Positions 9,686-21,434 of a stretch of DNA of 21,956 nt are shown piece after piece. The position numbers were made by a program, and so were the translations under genes. This DNA is from Zygophlyctis sp. KS116 (Eukaryota > Fungi > Chytridiomycota): NCBI GenBank assembly GCA_054661495.1, contig BAAFSQ010000168.1:1-21956 (forward strand), in the 5' to 3' direction. The stretch's first letter is position 1. Each line of letters begins with the position of its first letter. The notes under the pieces were generated by a model. The model ran no database searches and was not told the origin of the DNA. It saw only the letters and a list, made by a program, of their open reading frames with translations.

Positions 9686-12600
9686 ATGAAAATTCTAAAT
9701 GTTGCGGAAAAGGTTTCTATTTTAAATGTTAATAAAAGCCTTCAATCTCCAAAGCTATCGCCAATATTTTGTCCAGAGGTCGTTTTCAGACATCAAACAC
9801 TCGGAATAAATACATTAAAAACTATGAATTTCCAAGTGTCTACAATGGAAATAATGTCCAGATGACAATGACGGCGCTTGTGTATATATTATAATTTATG
9901 ATTAGTGGACATTTGATGGAATTGGAATTTGCACGACAATATTCAAACTGGAATTCAGTTCCATTGAATGAACTATTTGATGCACAAATAATTAAAAATG
10001 TTCGACAAGATATGAAGCCAATCGCTGATAATCTCAAAAGGATTGGGCGCGAAGCACAAGTTCTAGTGATTTGGACCGATAATGATATAGAAGGGGAAAA
10101 TATCGGTAACTTATGCATTAATAATACAAGGGGCTGAAGTTGTATCTATAGTTCAGAGTGTAAATTCAAGGATTCAGATTAGAAGAGCAAGGTTTTCTGT
10201 AGTTCAAGATAGGGAAATACAATTATCATGGCAAAATTTAGATGATTTAGACTATAACAAGGCTCATGCTGTTGATGCTAGATCAGAGCTAGATTTAAGA
10301 ATAGGAGCTGTATTTACTAGGTTCCAAACTCTTGGGCTAAAAAATCGTTTTGAAGAACTAGAAGATAAAAAAGTAATTAGTTATGGTGAGTTTGATTTTT
10401 ATAAAATTATAATGATATTTCTCAAATTATAAATTCTAAGCTAATAGGATCATGTCAGTTCCCCACTCTGGGGTTTATCGTTGATAGATATTTAAAGATT
10501 AAGGAATTTATTGCTGAAGATTTCTGGAAAATCGAGCTAGCGATTAAAAAAGATGGGAATAATGTAGAGTTCAAGTGGAAAAGAGTACATTTGTTTGATG
10601 AAGACGCGGTGCGTGCCTTGTTTGAATTGTGTACAGAAAATCCTACATGTCTGATAACTGCTGTCTCATCTAAGCCTACTTCTAAATGGGCACCTTTGCC
10701 TCTGACAACCATTGAGATGCAGAAAATTGGTACAAAAAGTTTGAAGATGACATCGGATCGTATCATGACCGTAATAATTTTCTGAATTTGATTTTAGGTT
10801 GCTGAAAAACTATACAATCAAGGAATTATTAGTTATCCTCGAACTGAAACTGATTCTTTTGATGATAATTTTCAGCTTACTCCTTTGATAGAGGCGCAAG
10901 TAAATGATCCTCGTTGGGGTGAATATGCATCAGGGTATTTCAACTTTTCGCTTAATTTTTAGGCTTCTCAATGGAAAATTCAAAAAGCCAAGAAAAGGGA
11001 AAAACAATGATAAAGCCCATCCTCCAATTCATCCTGTGAGGGGTGCAACAAATTTGGAAGGGGATGATAAGCGGGTTTTCGAATTTATCACCAGAAGGTT
11101 TTTAGCCTGTTGCTCAAATGCCGCCAAGGGGCAATCCACAAATGTTTCGCTTGAAATCTCAAAGGAAAATTTTACAACGAGTGGTATTTACGTTTTACAA
11201 TAATCGTTTGGATAGGTCTGACTGTTTTGGAAAAAAATTACTTGGAAGTTTACCCGTTTGAATGTTGGTCAAACTCATATCTTCCAGAATTTAAGGAAGG
11301 AGAAGTATATCAGCCGTCAAAATTAGATATGACCGCTGGAAAAACGTAATATTTGATTTCATATAATTTTAGGTCTCCCCCACAAATGCTCACCGAGACA
11401 GATCTTATAACTTTGATGGATAAAAATGGAATCGGTAGACTTTATTTTAAATAAGATTCATAGGTACTGATGCAACTATTCATGAGCATATTAAGAAAAT
11501 ACAGGAGCGTGAATATACCAATAAGCAAGGGGATCGTTTTTACCCTACAACTCTCGGAATGGCGCTTGTTAGAGGCTATGACTCCATGGAAATGAGCTTA
11601 TCTCTTTCAAAACCGCACATGCGGAGTCAGATGGAAAACAATATGCGTGCTATCTGTGAAGGACAGAAAAGTAAGGAGATGGTTATAGCTGAAGGCATAC
11701 GGTTGTACAGGGAGGCTTTCTCAATTGCCGAATCACAAGAAAATAAGCTTTTCCAGGTAATATTCAATGATTTTAGCAACAATAGTCATGTCAAACTTAT
11801 TTTCACGGGGAAAGTGATAATCGAAACAACCATAATTCGAATTCTTCAGAAAATTCTCGAACTTATACTCAGTCAAACCAATTTGATAGAAGCGGACCAT
11901 CTCTTAATCGACAGCCAGAAAATCCAGAACCTTTAAATGATTCATCAGGGAGTGCTGGCTCCCGTAGTCGATATTCTGAGAATTCTTCAATTTTGTGTGA
12001 GTGTGGGTTGCCATCAACTATAAGATCTGTCCGAAAAGAGGGCGCCAATTTTGGAAAGGAATTTCATGCATGCAGCAAAAATCAGTCAGATGCGACCAGG
12101 TGCAATTTCTTTTCTGTGAGACACTATATATTAATATTTAGTGGGCGGATGGTGGAGCATCTGCTTCTCCTCTACAGCCAATCATATCTCAATCAAATGC
12201 ATCATATATGCCTGCCTTGGTCGAAAAATGCAATTGTGGTCTAGATACGCTTGAAAAAACTGTTCGCAAAGAAGGAGATAATTTTGGAAAACAATTTTTT
12301 GTTTGTAACAAATCGCAAGACGATGCAACACGCTGCAATTTTTTCAAGGTAATTAGAAATTTGTTCACAAGTCTTAGTGGAAGAATGATGACCGAAACGA
12401 TTCTTTCTTATCAGCTATTCCCAATAGCAATCCAACCAGTTCGAATATGCTATGCCGATGCGGACAACCCAGTACAACCAGAAGTGTACGTAAAGAGGGG
12501 TCCAACTTTGGAAGACAATTCTTTGCTTGTTGCAAAGCTCAAAATGATCAAACAAAGTGTGACTTTTTTCAATGGTCCGATGAAAATAATTTGCCCGTTT

Positions 12601-13205
12601 CTGGAACTCAAAATATTGCATCTGTTGTTCCCGCAATCAATTTTTCACAGCAAAAATCGAACGAGTTTATCCAGAAGGTATCTAATCTATGCCATTGTGG
12701 TGTTAGTGCAGTTTTACGAAGTGTTAAAAAAGGGGGCTCCAACTTTGGGAAAGAATTTTTTGCTTGCTCAAAAATTCAGTCAGATGCATCAAAGTGTGAC
12801 TTTTTTCAATGGAATGATAACCTTGCAGATACAGCGTCAATCTCCAGGTTTGAACAAAATGCCCAGGTGGGTACAACAAACAAGACTAAATGCCACTGTA
12901 ATTTAATAGCAACAACAAAAACTTGCTCCAAATCAGGGGCTAACCAAGGGAAACAGTTTTACACTTGTACGAAATCTTCGGCTCGCTGCAATTTCTTTGC
13001 TTGGATCGATGATGATATTTCAAGTTCTTCTCAGCGAAATATTGGAAGCTCCTCCAAAGCAGGAAATGGATCTTCCTCTGGGATAACTTGCTTCAAGTGT
13101 GGACAGACTGGTCACTTTGCTACAAATTGCAATTCTAAAAGTGAAAAAAGGAGAAGTTTTGGAAACGATAAGAATGGGAAAAGACGAAAGAACTTTGGGG
13201 ATTAG
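9686..13205 (+). CDS. TOP3A: DNA topoisomerase III alpha with 5 GRF zinc fingers and a CCHC knuckle; introns 9713-9738, 9882-9905, 10106-10130, 10386-10447, 10771-10797, 10935-10962, 11184-11215, 11346-11372, 11435-11463, 11757-11785, 12116-12141, 12349-12377
   Basis: MKILNVAEKPS (TOPRIM), IWTDNDIEGENIG, SYGSCQFPTLGF, GIISYPRTET (catalytic Tyr), AHPPIHP, GIGTDAT. Confidence 0.96.
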
Positions 13206-13211
13206 TCTTAT

Positions 13212-14653
13212 TTAGGACTTGACGAGCTTTATCAAATCCAAAGTTTTAGAATCTTCGGCAGAATACAGGCAATTCATCCCAGCTTCAGCAGCCATTGCTA
13301 ATTCCTTTTCAACAAACAGATCTCTTTGTTCTTTTGATAGATCTGGCATATATCTTGATTTTAATAATATAGACTTACTTTGCAGTTTCCACAAGCATGC
13401 ATCCTTTTTCCTTTAACAGAGTAGCTGCATCGCCTATTCTATGTGCTAATGAATTTGCAATAAAGGCACAATCAAAATAGTTTTCATATGTCGCCCTTTT
13501 TTTTGTAAAAATGTATGTAGGATCACACGGTAAAAAATGTACTTTGACCTTTTCTAAAGAATTTTGTACGTCTGTAAAGTTAAACAATCTTCTTTTACCT
13601 TGAATCTCTGCTATCTTTTCACTTTGCATTTTTTCGCTGTTATCTAGTTCATAGATTAGAGAAGATATATTATGTGTTGCAATTTCTTGACACGTCTGGA
13701 GTAAGTTGTAAATCATCATACTTTAACATGTTTATCGTTTTGAGTCTGTAAGAGCTCTTTTTCTTCCGTATCAATTCCAAAAGTGATAAAGGGGCCCATT
13801 ATTATATCTGAGAAATAGCCCCATTTAACCACCCCAACACCGTCCTGAATTTAATGGGAAAAATATTACTTGTTTTAAGACATCAACTGTAGCCAAAGTC
13901 TTGTTTGCTTTATCTTGCGCAGCATCTCTTATCTCGAATGCATTACCAGTTAGTCTCCAATTTACATATTCAGTTCTACTCAGAATTGAAAGTGATTTCT
14001 TATCCTAAATTGTTAATAGCCCAAGTTACTATATCCAAAACTTTAATCTGATAATCCCAATCTACAATATTTTCTCTAGAGTCATATCTCCTCCCTAAAT
14101 ACTGCTGTATTCGTCTAATCCTATTCTTTAAAAGTCATAATATATACCATATCTCTTCAATATTAAATATTTTAGATTCATCTTTCCAGTACTTACAAAC
14201 GGATTCCAAATCATCGCGTTCTCTATACTTCAAAAGACTGAAATCAAACAATTTCGATAATTCTCCCTCACCATTAACTAATTTAATGATTTCCATTGCT
14301 TGAGTCTTTATGAAATTAGCTGTTTTTTCACGGACAAGAACATTTCCATAAAGTTCAAGAAATGTTTCCGCCTTTTCCAAATTTCCTAATTCTAGCTTTG
14401 AATTCCATAAAATATTCAAGAATAACAAGTTCCTTACTAATGCAGGTGCCGATGGTTCTAGAATATAAAAATTCAAATTTTGTAAATCATTTTGAGTCTG
14501 GTGTCTGTATAATCTCGCCACTGTGGTTATTATATGTCTTGCATCTGAAGCTCCCAAGATTAAAAAGTTTCTGTTGGTAGAGTCTTGAACATGTTCATTT
14601 AAATCCAGAGCTTTAGAGTATCCCCAAAGACAACTTGATCCATGTCCGAACAT
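13212..14653 (-). CDS. DNAAF3: Dynein axonemal assembly factor 3 (PF22); introns 14121-14147, 14005-14029, 13845-13869, 13354-13378
   Basis: WGYSKALDL, LILGASDARHII, FLELYGNVLVR, FSLLKYRERDDLE, YLGRRYDSR...DWDY, WRLTGNAF, GYFSDIIMGPFITFG, LVETAKYM. Confidence 0.92.
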
Positions 14654-14904
14654 TTGAAAATTTAAGCTTTTTAATGATTTGTCTAATCTTTTTTGTATTA
14701 CACTATTCTATTCTTGAATGCTCTTCACGGCCAATCTTAACAAAATGTCTCCTAGCTCAAAACGTATCGGTAGATTTCATAATCGATGAGCAGTTTGAAA
14801 AATTAAGCGTACTAACAAGCAGATCTTGATAGAGGGATACTATATAAAAGCACTAGATTATAGCCTTATAAGGTTATTAGAGCCAAGGGTTTAATTCGGA
14901 CAAA

Positions 14905-15228
14905 ATGTCTGAAAAACAAGTATATCTCTCTACAAATGACTTGGAAATCCCAATTTTTGAGGAAAACTGGTCTGATGATCCTCCTTGTGGTAATGAAAAG
15001 TATGAGAATGATTCTATTGCCCATCTTCAAGTAAAATTGGATAATGAAATTGACAAATTGGGAAAAGAATTTGAAAATTTAAAAAATCATTTTCAACTCA
15101 TAATTCATAAAGGACAAAATTTACACGTTGAATTGGATTCAATCATGGATGTCTTGTCTGAAAAGGAAAAAATTCTAAATTCTAAAAAATCAAGTTTACT
15201 AGATTTTATTTCTAATATACAATCGTAA
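14905..15228 (+). CDS. Hypothetical 107-aa coiled-coil protein
   Basis: AAAATG context and heptad-like C-terminal half; fits the local gene spacing. Family not recognised. Confidence 0.65.
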   Translation: MSEKQVYLSTNDLEIPIFEENWSDDPPCGNEKYENDSIAHLQVKLDNEIDKLGKEFENLKNHFQLIIHKGQNLHVELDSIMDVLSEKEKILNSKKSSLLDFISNIQS

Positions 15229-15277
15229 AACTTGAACTTGAAAAACTTGAGTGTGCAGGTTAAAACCCTTATAAAAA

Positions 15278-15647
15278 ATGATCAAAACTCTTAAATCTCT
15301 CACTAAACTAAGAGTAGTTTCAAATTTTTCAAGAGTTGGACTTTATAGACACTTTTCTTCTGCACCTGAACCCTTGACTGTGCAACAAGTTGAAAATAGA
15401 GTTTTGGACACTCTAAAAGCTTTTTCAAAAGTTAATCAGGAAAAGGTAAAAACTCTTATAGTAATTTTAGATTAAATTAGATTCTAATTTTACAACTGAT
15501 CTAGGACTAGATTCTTTAGATCAGGTAGAAATTGTAATGGCTTTAGAAGATGAATTTAATATAGAAATTCCTGATCGTGATGCAGAGTCTATAATGACTC
15601 CAAGAGGCGCTGTCGAAAAGATTTATGCTAATAAAAATGCAATTTAA
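15278..15647 (+). CDS. ACP1: Mitochondrial acyl carrier protein; exons 15278-15445, 15471-15647
   Basis: Basic presequence. After the 25-nt intron: [35 protein letters not shown]. Confidence 0.95.
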
Positions 15648-15660
15648 GGTTTCTTAGTTT

Positions 15661-15760
15661 GGCATAAACCTAGTTAAGATGGAAGATTTCTGCTAATTAA
15701 ATTGCATAAACCTAAGTAGTTAAAATAAAAGTTTATGCTAATTAAATTGCATACACCTAG
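15661..15760 (+). repeat. Short imperfect repeats in the TFIIE-beta upstream region
   Basis: GCATAAACCTAG-like unit x3 and TGCTAATTAAATTGCATA x2. Confidence 0.6.
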
Positions 15761-15765
15761 TAAAA

Positions 15766-16473
15766 ATGGAAGCAACGAAAGATGCAATGAAGAAGAGAAT
15801 GCTTCAAATTCCCATTATTAAAAAACAAAAATTAAGTAAAAATGAACAAATTAAATCTACCGTTTTAAATAGACTAGTCTTTGATGTTTTGGAAGTTGTT
15901 AAAGGAAATCATATTCCTTGGACTAGATCAGAACTCATTAGAAAATTAGCATGGGATGTTTTTGAAAATCCAGATCTCTTACAAGCTTTAGAAAAAAATC
16001 CTAGAATAGATTATAACAAGGAAAATCAAACTCTAACTTATTCCCCATTGCACAGAATTTCTAATGCACAAGATTTAAAACATGTGCTAAAAGGACAATT
16101 AGGAGTCATGGAAATTAAATCTCTTTCAGACTCTTGGCCTGAAATTGATAAACATTTAGAGTCTATGCAAAATCAAAAAGAAATTATTCTATTATCAGTA
16201 AAGGATGAACCTAGATTCATTTATTTAGATCAACCTGATCTTTATATAAACATGTCTGAAGAGTATATAGACTATTGGAATCAAGTAATAATTCCAGACT
16301 CTGATATTATGATTAAAGAATTGAACAAGGCTGGTCTTCAAGAATCTCAAATCGCTACTCAAGGAGACTTGAAACCAAAGACTCTAGGAGTTAAAAGAAA
16401 GAAATTCAACAAGAGAACAAGAATTACAAATACACATTTAGAAGGTTATGATGTCAGACAGGAATCAATTTAA
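15766..16473 (+). CDS. TFA2: Transcription initiation factor TFIIE beta subunit
   Basis: LEKNPRIDY...YSPLHRI, LSDSWP, DYWNQVIIP...L.KAGL, and C-terminal basic tract plus RITNTHL. Confidence 0.85.
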   Translation: MEATKDAMKKRMLQIPIIKKQKLSKNEQIKSTVLNRLVFDVLEVVKGNHIPWTRSELIRKLAWDVFENPDLLQALEKNPRIDYNKENQTLTYSPLHRISNAQDLKHVLKGQLGVMEIKSLSDSWPEIDKHLESMQNQKEIILLSVKDEPRFIYLDQPDLYINMSEEYIDYWNQVIIPDSDIMIKELNKAGLQESQIATQGDLKPKTLGVKRKKFNKRTRITNTHLEGYDVRQESI

Positions 16474-16500
16474 AAAGGAATTTTTTTTTTGGATTTAAAT

Positions 16501-16947
16501 TTAAAAATCTTGGGTAGTAGTAGCTTCCATGACTTGTTGAGCAATTCTATCCAAATCTTTTTGTCCATCATGAGATATTTTTCTACCACCAGTTTCATCT
16601 TTTTCCAAGACCTTGATCTTTTCTAGTGCTTGCAATACTTTTCTAGCTACAGATCCTGAAGATAGCACTCTTCTAGATGGTCTCATTCCTCTATTCTTTG
16701 CACCACCATAACATTTCTTGAGTCCTCCAACTCCAACTCCATGACGAAGATAGATGTGACGGGCAACAGAAGCAGCTCTTTCATAAAACCAATCTTGGGA
16801 ATAAGGTGCTAATTGTTTATGGGTTCCAGTCTTGACGAGATCAACCCATTTAGGAACTTCTAATTTTCCTGTTCTTTTCAAGTAAGCGGCATAAGCTCTG
16901 ACAAAATCAGGAGCAGAAACATCTTTGACTGTGACGCCGTGGCCCAT
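16501..16947 (-). CDS. RPS19: 40S ribosomal protein S19 (eS19)
   Basis: [47 protein letters not shown]. Possible 26-nt 5'UTR intron at 16949-16974. Confidence 0.98.
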   Translation of the reverse strand: MGHGVTVKDVSAPDFVRAYAAYLKRTGKLEVPKWVDLVKTGTHKQLAPYSQDWFYERAASVARHIYLRHGVGVGGLKKCYGGAKNRGMRPSRRVLSSGSVARKVLQALEKIKVLEKDETGGRKISHDGQKDLDRIAQQVMEATTTQDF

Positions 16948-17009
16948 TCTTTTCTTTTTATATCCTGGACCTACTTATAGGAGTTTATTAAATGTTGGTG
17001 GCGTAGCCT

Positions 17010-17416
17010 CCCTAGGCTTTTTATACCCTTTTTATACCCTTTTTATACCCTTTTTAGACCCTTTTTATACCCTTTTTATACCCTTTTTAGACCCTTTTTA
17101 GACCCTTTTTATACCCTTTTTATACCCTTTTTATACCCTTTTTAGACCCTTTTTATACCCTTTTTAGACCCTTTTTAGACCCTAGGCTTTTTATACCCAT
17201 TTTATACCCTTTTTATACCCTAGGCTTTGCTTTTTATACCCTACGATTTGCTTTTTATACCCTTTTTATACCCTTTTTATACCCTTTTTATACCCTACGA
17301 TTTGCTTTTTATACCCTAGGCTTTTTATACCCTTTTTATACCCTAGGCTTTTTATACCCTTTTTATACCCTACGATTTGCTTTTTATACCCTAGGCTTTT
17401 TATACCCTAGGCTTTT
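17010..17416. repeat. Minisatellite of roughly 30 units, core CCCTTTTTATA (minus strand GGGTATAAAAA)
   Basis: 11-nt units with CCCTTTTTAGA variant, a 16-nt CCCTAGGCTTTTTATA variant and 21-nt CCCTACGATTTGCTTTTTATA variants. Confidence 0.97.
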
Positions 17417-17446
17417 CACGCACCAAGGCAAAGCAAAGCAACGTCA

Positions 17447-17493
17447 TCGCACAATCGGACAATCGCACATTCGGACAATCGCACATTCGCATA
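17447..17493 (+). repeat. Tandem 8-mers TCG(C/G)ACA(A/T) x5-6 directly before the FAM227 ATG
   Basis: tcgcacaa tcggacaa tcgcacat tcggacaa tcgcacat tcgcata ATG. Confidence 0.85.
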
Positions 17494-19120
17494 ATGGAGT
17501 CTAAACCAATTTCAACTATACAGGAATTCATTGATAGGGATGTAAAAGAACAGGATCAGTTTACATTTCAGCAAGACTATAAAGAAAATACTAGTAATGT
17601 CCGATTATTAAATGGAGATGAATGGCCAAGAGTGGAAGAATTAGAATTAGATGATGGTATTTATATAAATTTATAATGTTTAAAAGACAATGATAGAGTT
17701 GGAGAACTAAAAGGAATCATTTCGCCAGGATCAAAAGATTTACAACTTCTTTCAGATATGGTGTCTAAAATTTCTTCTACTCTACGTTTGGATTCGCAAA
17801 AGGAAGAGATTGAGCTCATCAATAATGATTCTAAAAATAGTCAATTACCCACTCTAGAGATTCAAGATGATTTAAAAGAGGATGATGTCTTTCTGACAGC
17901 AGTTCCAAAACAAGTGTATAAAAAAAAATTGGATTTCTCATATTTTCATAATTCAAAGGTTGTAGAAGCTGCAAAATTTACAGGATTTGATTCAGACTCT
18001 CAAAGATTACCAAATAATGTAGAGACGGTGAGTCTATTAAAAAAGAGTGTTTCTAAAATCAAAAAGTCTGGAATTTATGCTAAAAAAATTCCAAACAGCT
18101 GGATAAACATGTTTTGTAATGAATCATCAACTCAAATTGTATCGGATACATTTTGGTATGTATGGCATCAGCATTATAGTCCAAATCAAGAACTTGAAAA
18201 ACAATTATTACAAAGAATTTCAAGTGTCTTTGTTTCTTTTTTTATAAACTGCTTACTTTCTAGTAATTCAAAAGATGATTTTTTCAAGGTTTTAATTGGA
18301 TTAGTTAAATGTTAGATTTACCCAAACATTATTGCAATGACTGTTTGGAATGGATTCATGGAAAGTTTTCCAAAATCTCAGACACATTTTGGGTTTACTT
18401 TTCAAATTACAGTGTGTGATTTTGTTGCAGAGTGGATTATGGGAATCATTCCTTCATCTCCTTGGTGTCTTGACTGGGAATCTCATGAACCACTCACAAT
18501 CTTGAAATCTGATACATCACGAATAGAAAAACCACAAAATACTCAAAATCCAGGTATATTTTACAGTTTTAAAATATTTTAGAATTAAACATGTTTACAA
18601 TCAAGTCTGATCAAGGAGAAAAACTTGAAAAAAAAGAGGTATTTACTAAAACCATTAATCATAGAAAGAATCATGTCAAATGGGTCCTAGCTTTAAAGTT
18701 GTAAAGAATCGATTTGATGTTTACCAAAATTCTCCTGTAATTTCTAAATACTTATCATCTGCTGGATATCATAAATACCATGGAGCAATAATTGTTCATA
18801 GATCTCAAGTAATACGCAAACCAACTGATCCAAATGTTCCAACTTATCGTCAAATTATTTCAGAGTCATTAAAGAATGCATCAGATTACTTTAAAGACTA
18901 CAAAGAGAAAATCAAGGTAGCTAGTAAAGAAAAACTCTCAATTATTCAAGAAACAAATCTATATCTCTCCAAAGAACAATCTCAACATCAAAAGATTTTA
19001 AATAATCCTAATTTAGTAAAGGAAAAAGCACATTCTGTTTTACAAGAAATGGCAAAATCAGCCAAAGAGAAAAAGGCAAAAATATTAGCAAGAAGAAAAC
19101 ACGGAAAGATTATTAACTAG
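17494..19120 (+). CDS. FAM227-like (FWWh domain) protein; introns 17657-17686, 18289-18315, 18554-18582, 18639-18664
   Basis: SSTQIVSDTFWYVW, LLQRISSVFVSFF, KDDFFKIYPNIIA...FMESFPKS...F, EWIMG, FDVYQNSPVISKYL. Confidence 0.8.
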
Positions 19121-19506
19121 TTAAAACAAAAGACGTTGCCTTTCCTCTAGTTTGGAAGTTAACCATTCAGTTAATTCCCTTGGAGACTGCAGATCTCGGG
19201 ATTCATGACTAATGTCAAGACTATTAAATTACCACATATCAAGATTATTCATTGCAGTAATCTCCAACTCTTGCAAACATTCAAAATAAATAGATTTTCT
19301 AACGCATAATTTTATGATAGAAATTACCGTGTCCAATGATCCAATCCGCAATCAGTTGAAAAATTAGAATCTAAAGACAAGGACTTGTCGTCATGAAATT
19401 CTAAAATTTTTGAAAAAACAGTTTCGGTGACTTGTGTTTTATCAAACATTGGGGCCGGCGCTTGCTTGACAATGCCATAGTGCCGCTTAATCAATGACTT
19501 GAACAT
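19121..19506 (-). CDS. Mitochondrial ACP-like protein lacking the phosphopantetheine Ser; exons 19506-19328, 19298-19233, 19208-19121
   Basis: Presequence MFKSLIKRHY. LSLDSNFSTDCGLDHWTRKSIYFECLQELEI...SRDLQSPRELTEWL parallels ACP ([19 protein letters not shown]...[12 protein letters not shown]). Introns of 29 and 24 nt. Confidence 0.65.
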
Positions 19507-19578
19507 TTCAATTTTTTACAGGTCCAGGGTAATGTCAAACGCTAAAATCGAAAAACGCGAAGGGTTTATTCACGACTA

Positions 19579-21372
19579 CTAGGGTGTGAGACGCTTTGGG
19601 TCTCTTGGGAACAGACTTGTTTTCCTAATATTTCCCAAGTTCAGATATAACATTACTACTCTTTCTAATCCAATTCCACCTCCTGCATGGGGAGGAGCTC
19701 CAAATTTAAATGCATCTAGATAGGGTTGAATAGTATCAAGTGCAATTCCATGAGAAATCGCGGATTTTTCCAAGAATTCGGCATCATGAATTCTTTGAGC
19801 TCCAGAGAGTATTTCTTCTCCTCTGATAAAGAAATCATAGGAATTAGAATAATTCTAAAAGTTTATTAGAGTAAAGTTTACCTTGTTTTTAGGATCAGGC
19901 ATTGTATAAAATGGTCTAACTGCTAATGGGAACTTGTCTAAAATATAAAAATCAGTCTTGAATTTTTCTTTTACAAGACGTCCAAGGACCCTTTCAGATT
20001 CAGTACTATAATTATGGTAAATTTAATATTTTACTTACCTTAAATCATCAAAATCTCCAATTTCTATTCCTGCGTCACGAAGCATTTTGATCGCATCAAC
20101 ATATTCCAAAATTAATGTTTTTGGAAGATACTTGAAATCTTCAAAAGGGTATTGACGCTGAATAGCTTCAATTTCTTTACTGTATCTGGTTTCTAAACCT
20201 TGAAAAATTGAGACAAATAATTCTCCCAAAAGTTCCAAAACTTCATGATAATGTTCATCAAAAGCCATTTCGAGATCTAAACCAATAAATTCAGTCATAT
20301 GACGATGAGTTTGAGAATTTTCAGCCCGAAATACTATTGTAAGTTACTTAAAAGTACCTGGTGCAATTTCAAAAACTCTTTCAAAGTCTGAACAAATCAC
20401 CATTTGTTTATATAACTGAGGAGACTGAGCAAGATAAGCAAAATCTTAAAAAAGTCAATTTAATACTACAATACCTTTAAAATATGGTAATTTAAAGACA
20501 TTTGCTCCACCTTCACTAGCAGCACCAATTAATTTTGGAGAATGAATTTCCATAAATCCACAATTTTCAAGAAAATCCCTAAATAGTTTGCATACACCTG
20601 CTTGAATTTTGAAAATTGCTTGATTAGTAATTGTTCTCAAGTCTATTACTCGATGATTAAGTCTAGTATCTAAATTAACTCTACTAAAACCAGAATCTTC
20701 TGTAAATTCCGGCTCTGGTCTTGAAGCATCATCCAAAGTAAATGGCAAACGAGCCGCTTCACTTATTACATGAATCTTTTCCTTTTAACCACTTTCAAAA
20801 ACTCTACCTGCAACAATTTCAATTCATACTGTTGTACAGTACATCCCTTTACCAAACAAGCAGCGTTTAACAGTATACCTTCAATTCTAATCAAGGACTC
20901 ATCCGAAATACTTATCTTAGTTTAATCAATATACCCTGTAGCAAACTTGAGCATCTGCTTACTAATCTGATCATTATCATCCACAGTTAAGATCGACTGA
21001 ATAGTATCTAAGCGTTGACGTAAATTCAAAAACAGCATTTTCGCACCGACTGGTCTCTTTGAATGTACTCTAGCAATCATTTCAATTTTCAAATCGATAT
21101 CAGAGTCTGAAATTTTAGCAATCTTTAAGTATTTTTTTCCTATTGATTAAGAATTTGAGTCACATACCCGATCTTTGATCTGATTGATTCATTTCCAGTT
21201 TTCCATATTTCCCAACAGAAACATCCACAGAAGCAGCGTCCCGAGCGGCCTTTTCAGCAGCCAATCTAGCGGCAACTTCAGCCTTTTTGGCCTCTTTTTC
21301 CTTTTCCTTTGCCAACTTTTTAAGAGCAGATTTAGATAATTCTTTAGGCTCTGCAGTGTTTTCTTTCTCCAT
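19579..21372 (-). CDS. DPS1: Cytosolic aspartyl-tRNA synthetase; introns 21140-21167, 20911-20934, 20776-20807, 20445-20474, 20334-20357, 20006-20038, 19855-19881
   Basis: LSKSALKK N-terminal helix, [73 protein letters not shown]. Confidence 0.97.
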
Positions 21373-21434
21373 TTTTAAGAAACGCAAGGGTTATTGGCCC
21401 AAAGTCTTAACTCTTTCATTGAAGATTGACACTG

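Noticed and set aside
14654-14904. snRNA/snoRNA or micro-gene around the perfect TACTAAC at about 14810
   Set aside because: No U-snRNA signature or complete C/D box pair, and spliced versions give only very short peptides. It may be a UTR intron; not supportable.
17010-17416. CRISPR array or canonical telomere
   Set aside because: No unique spacers, units are only 11-21 nt, the context is eukaryotic, the unit is not TTAGGG-type, and it is flanked by genes on both sides.
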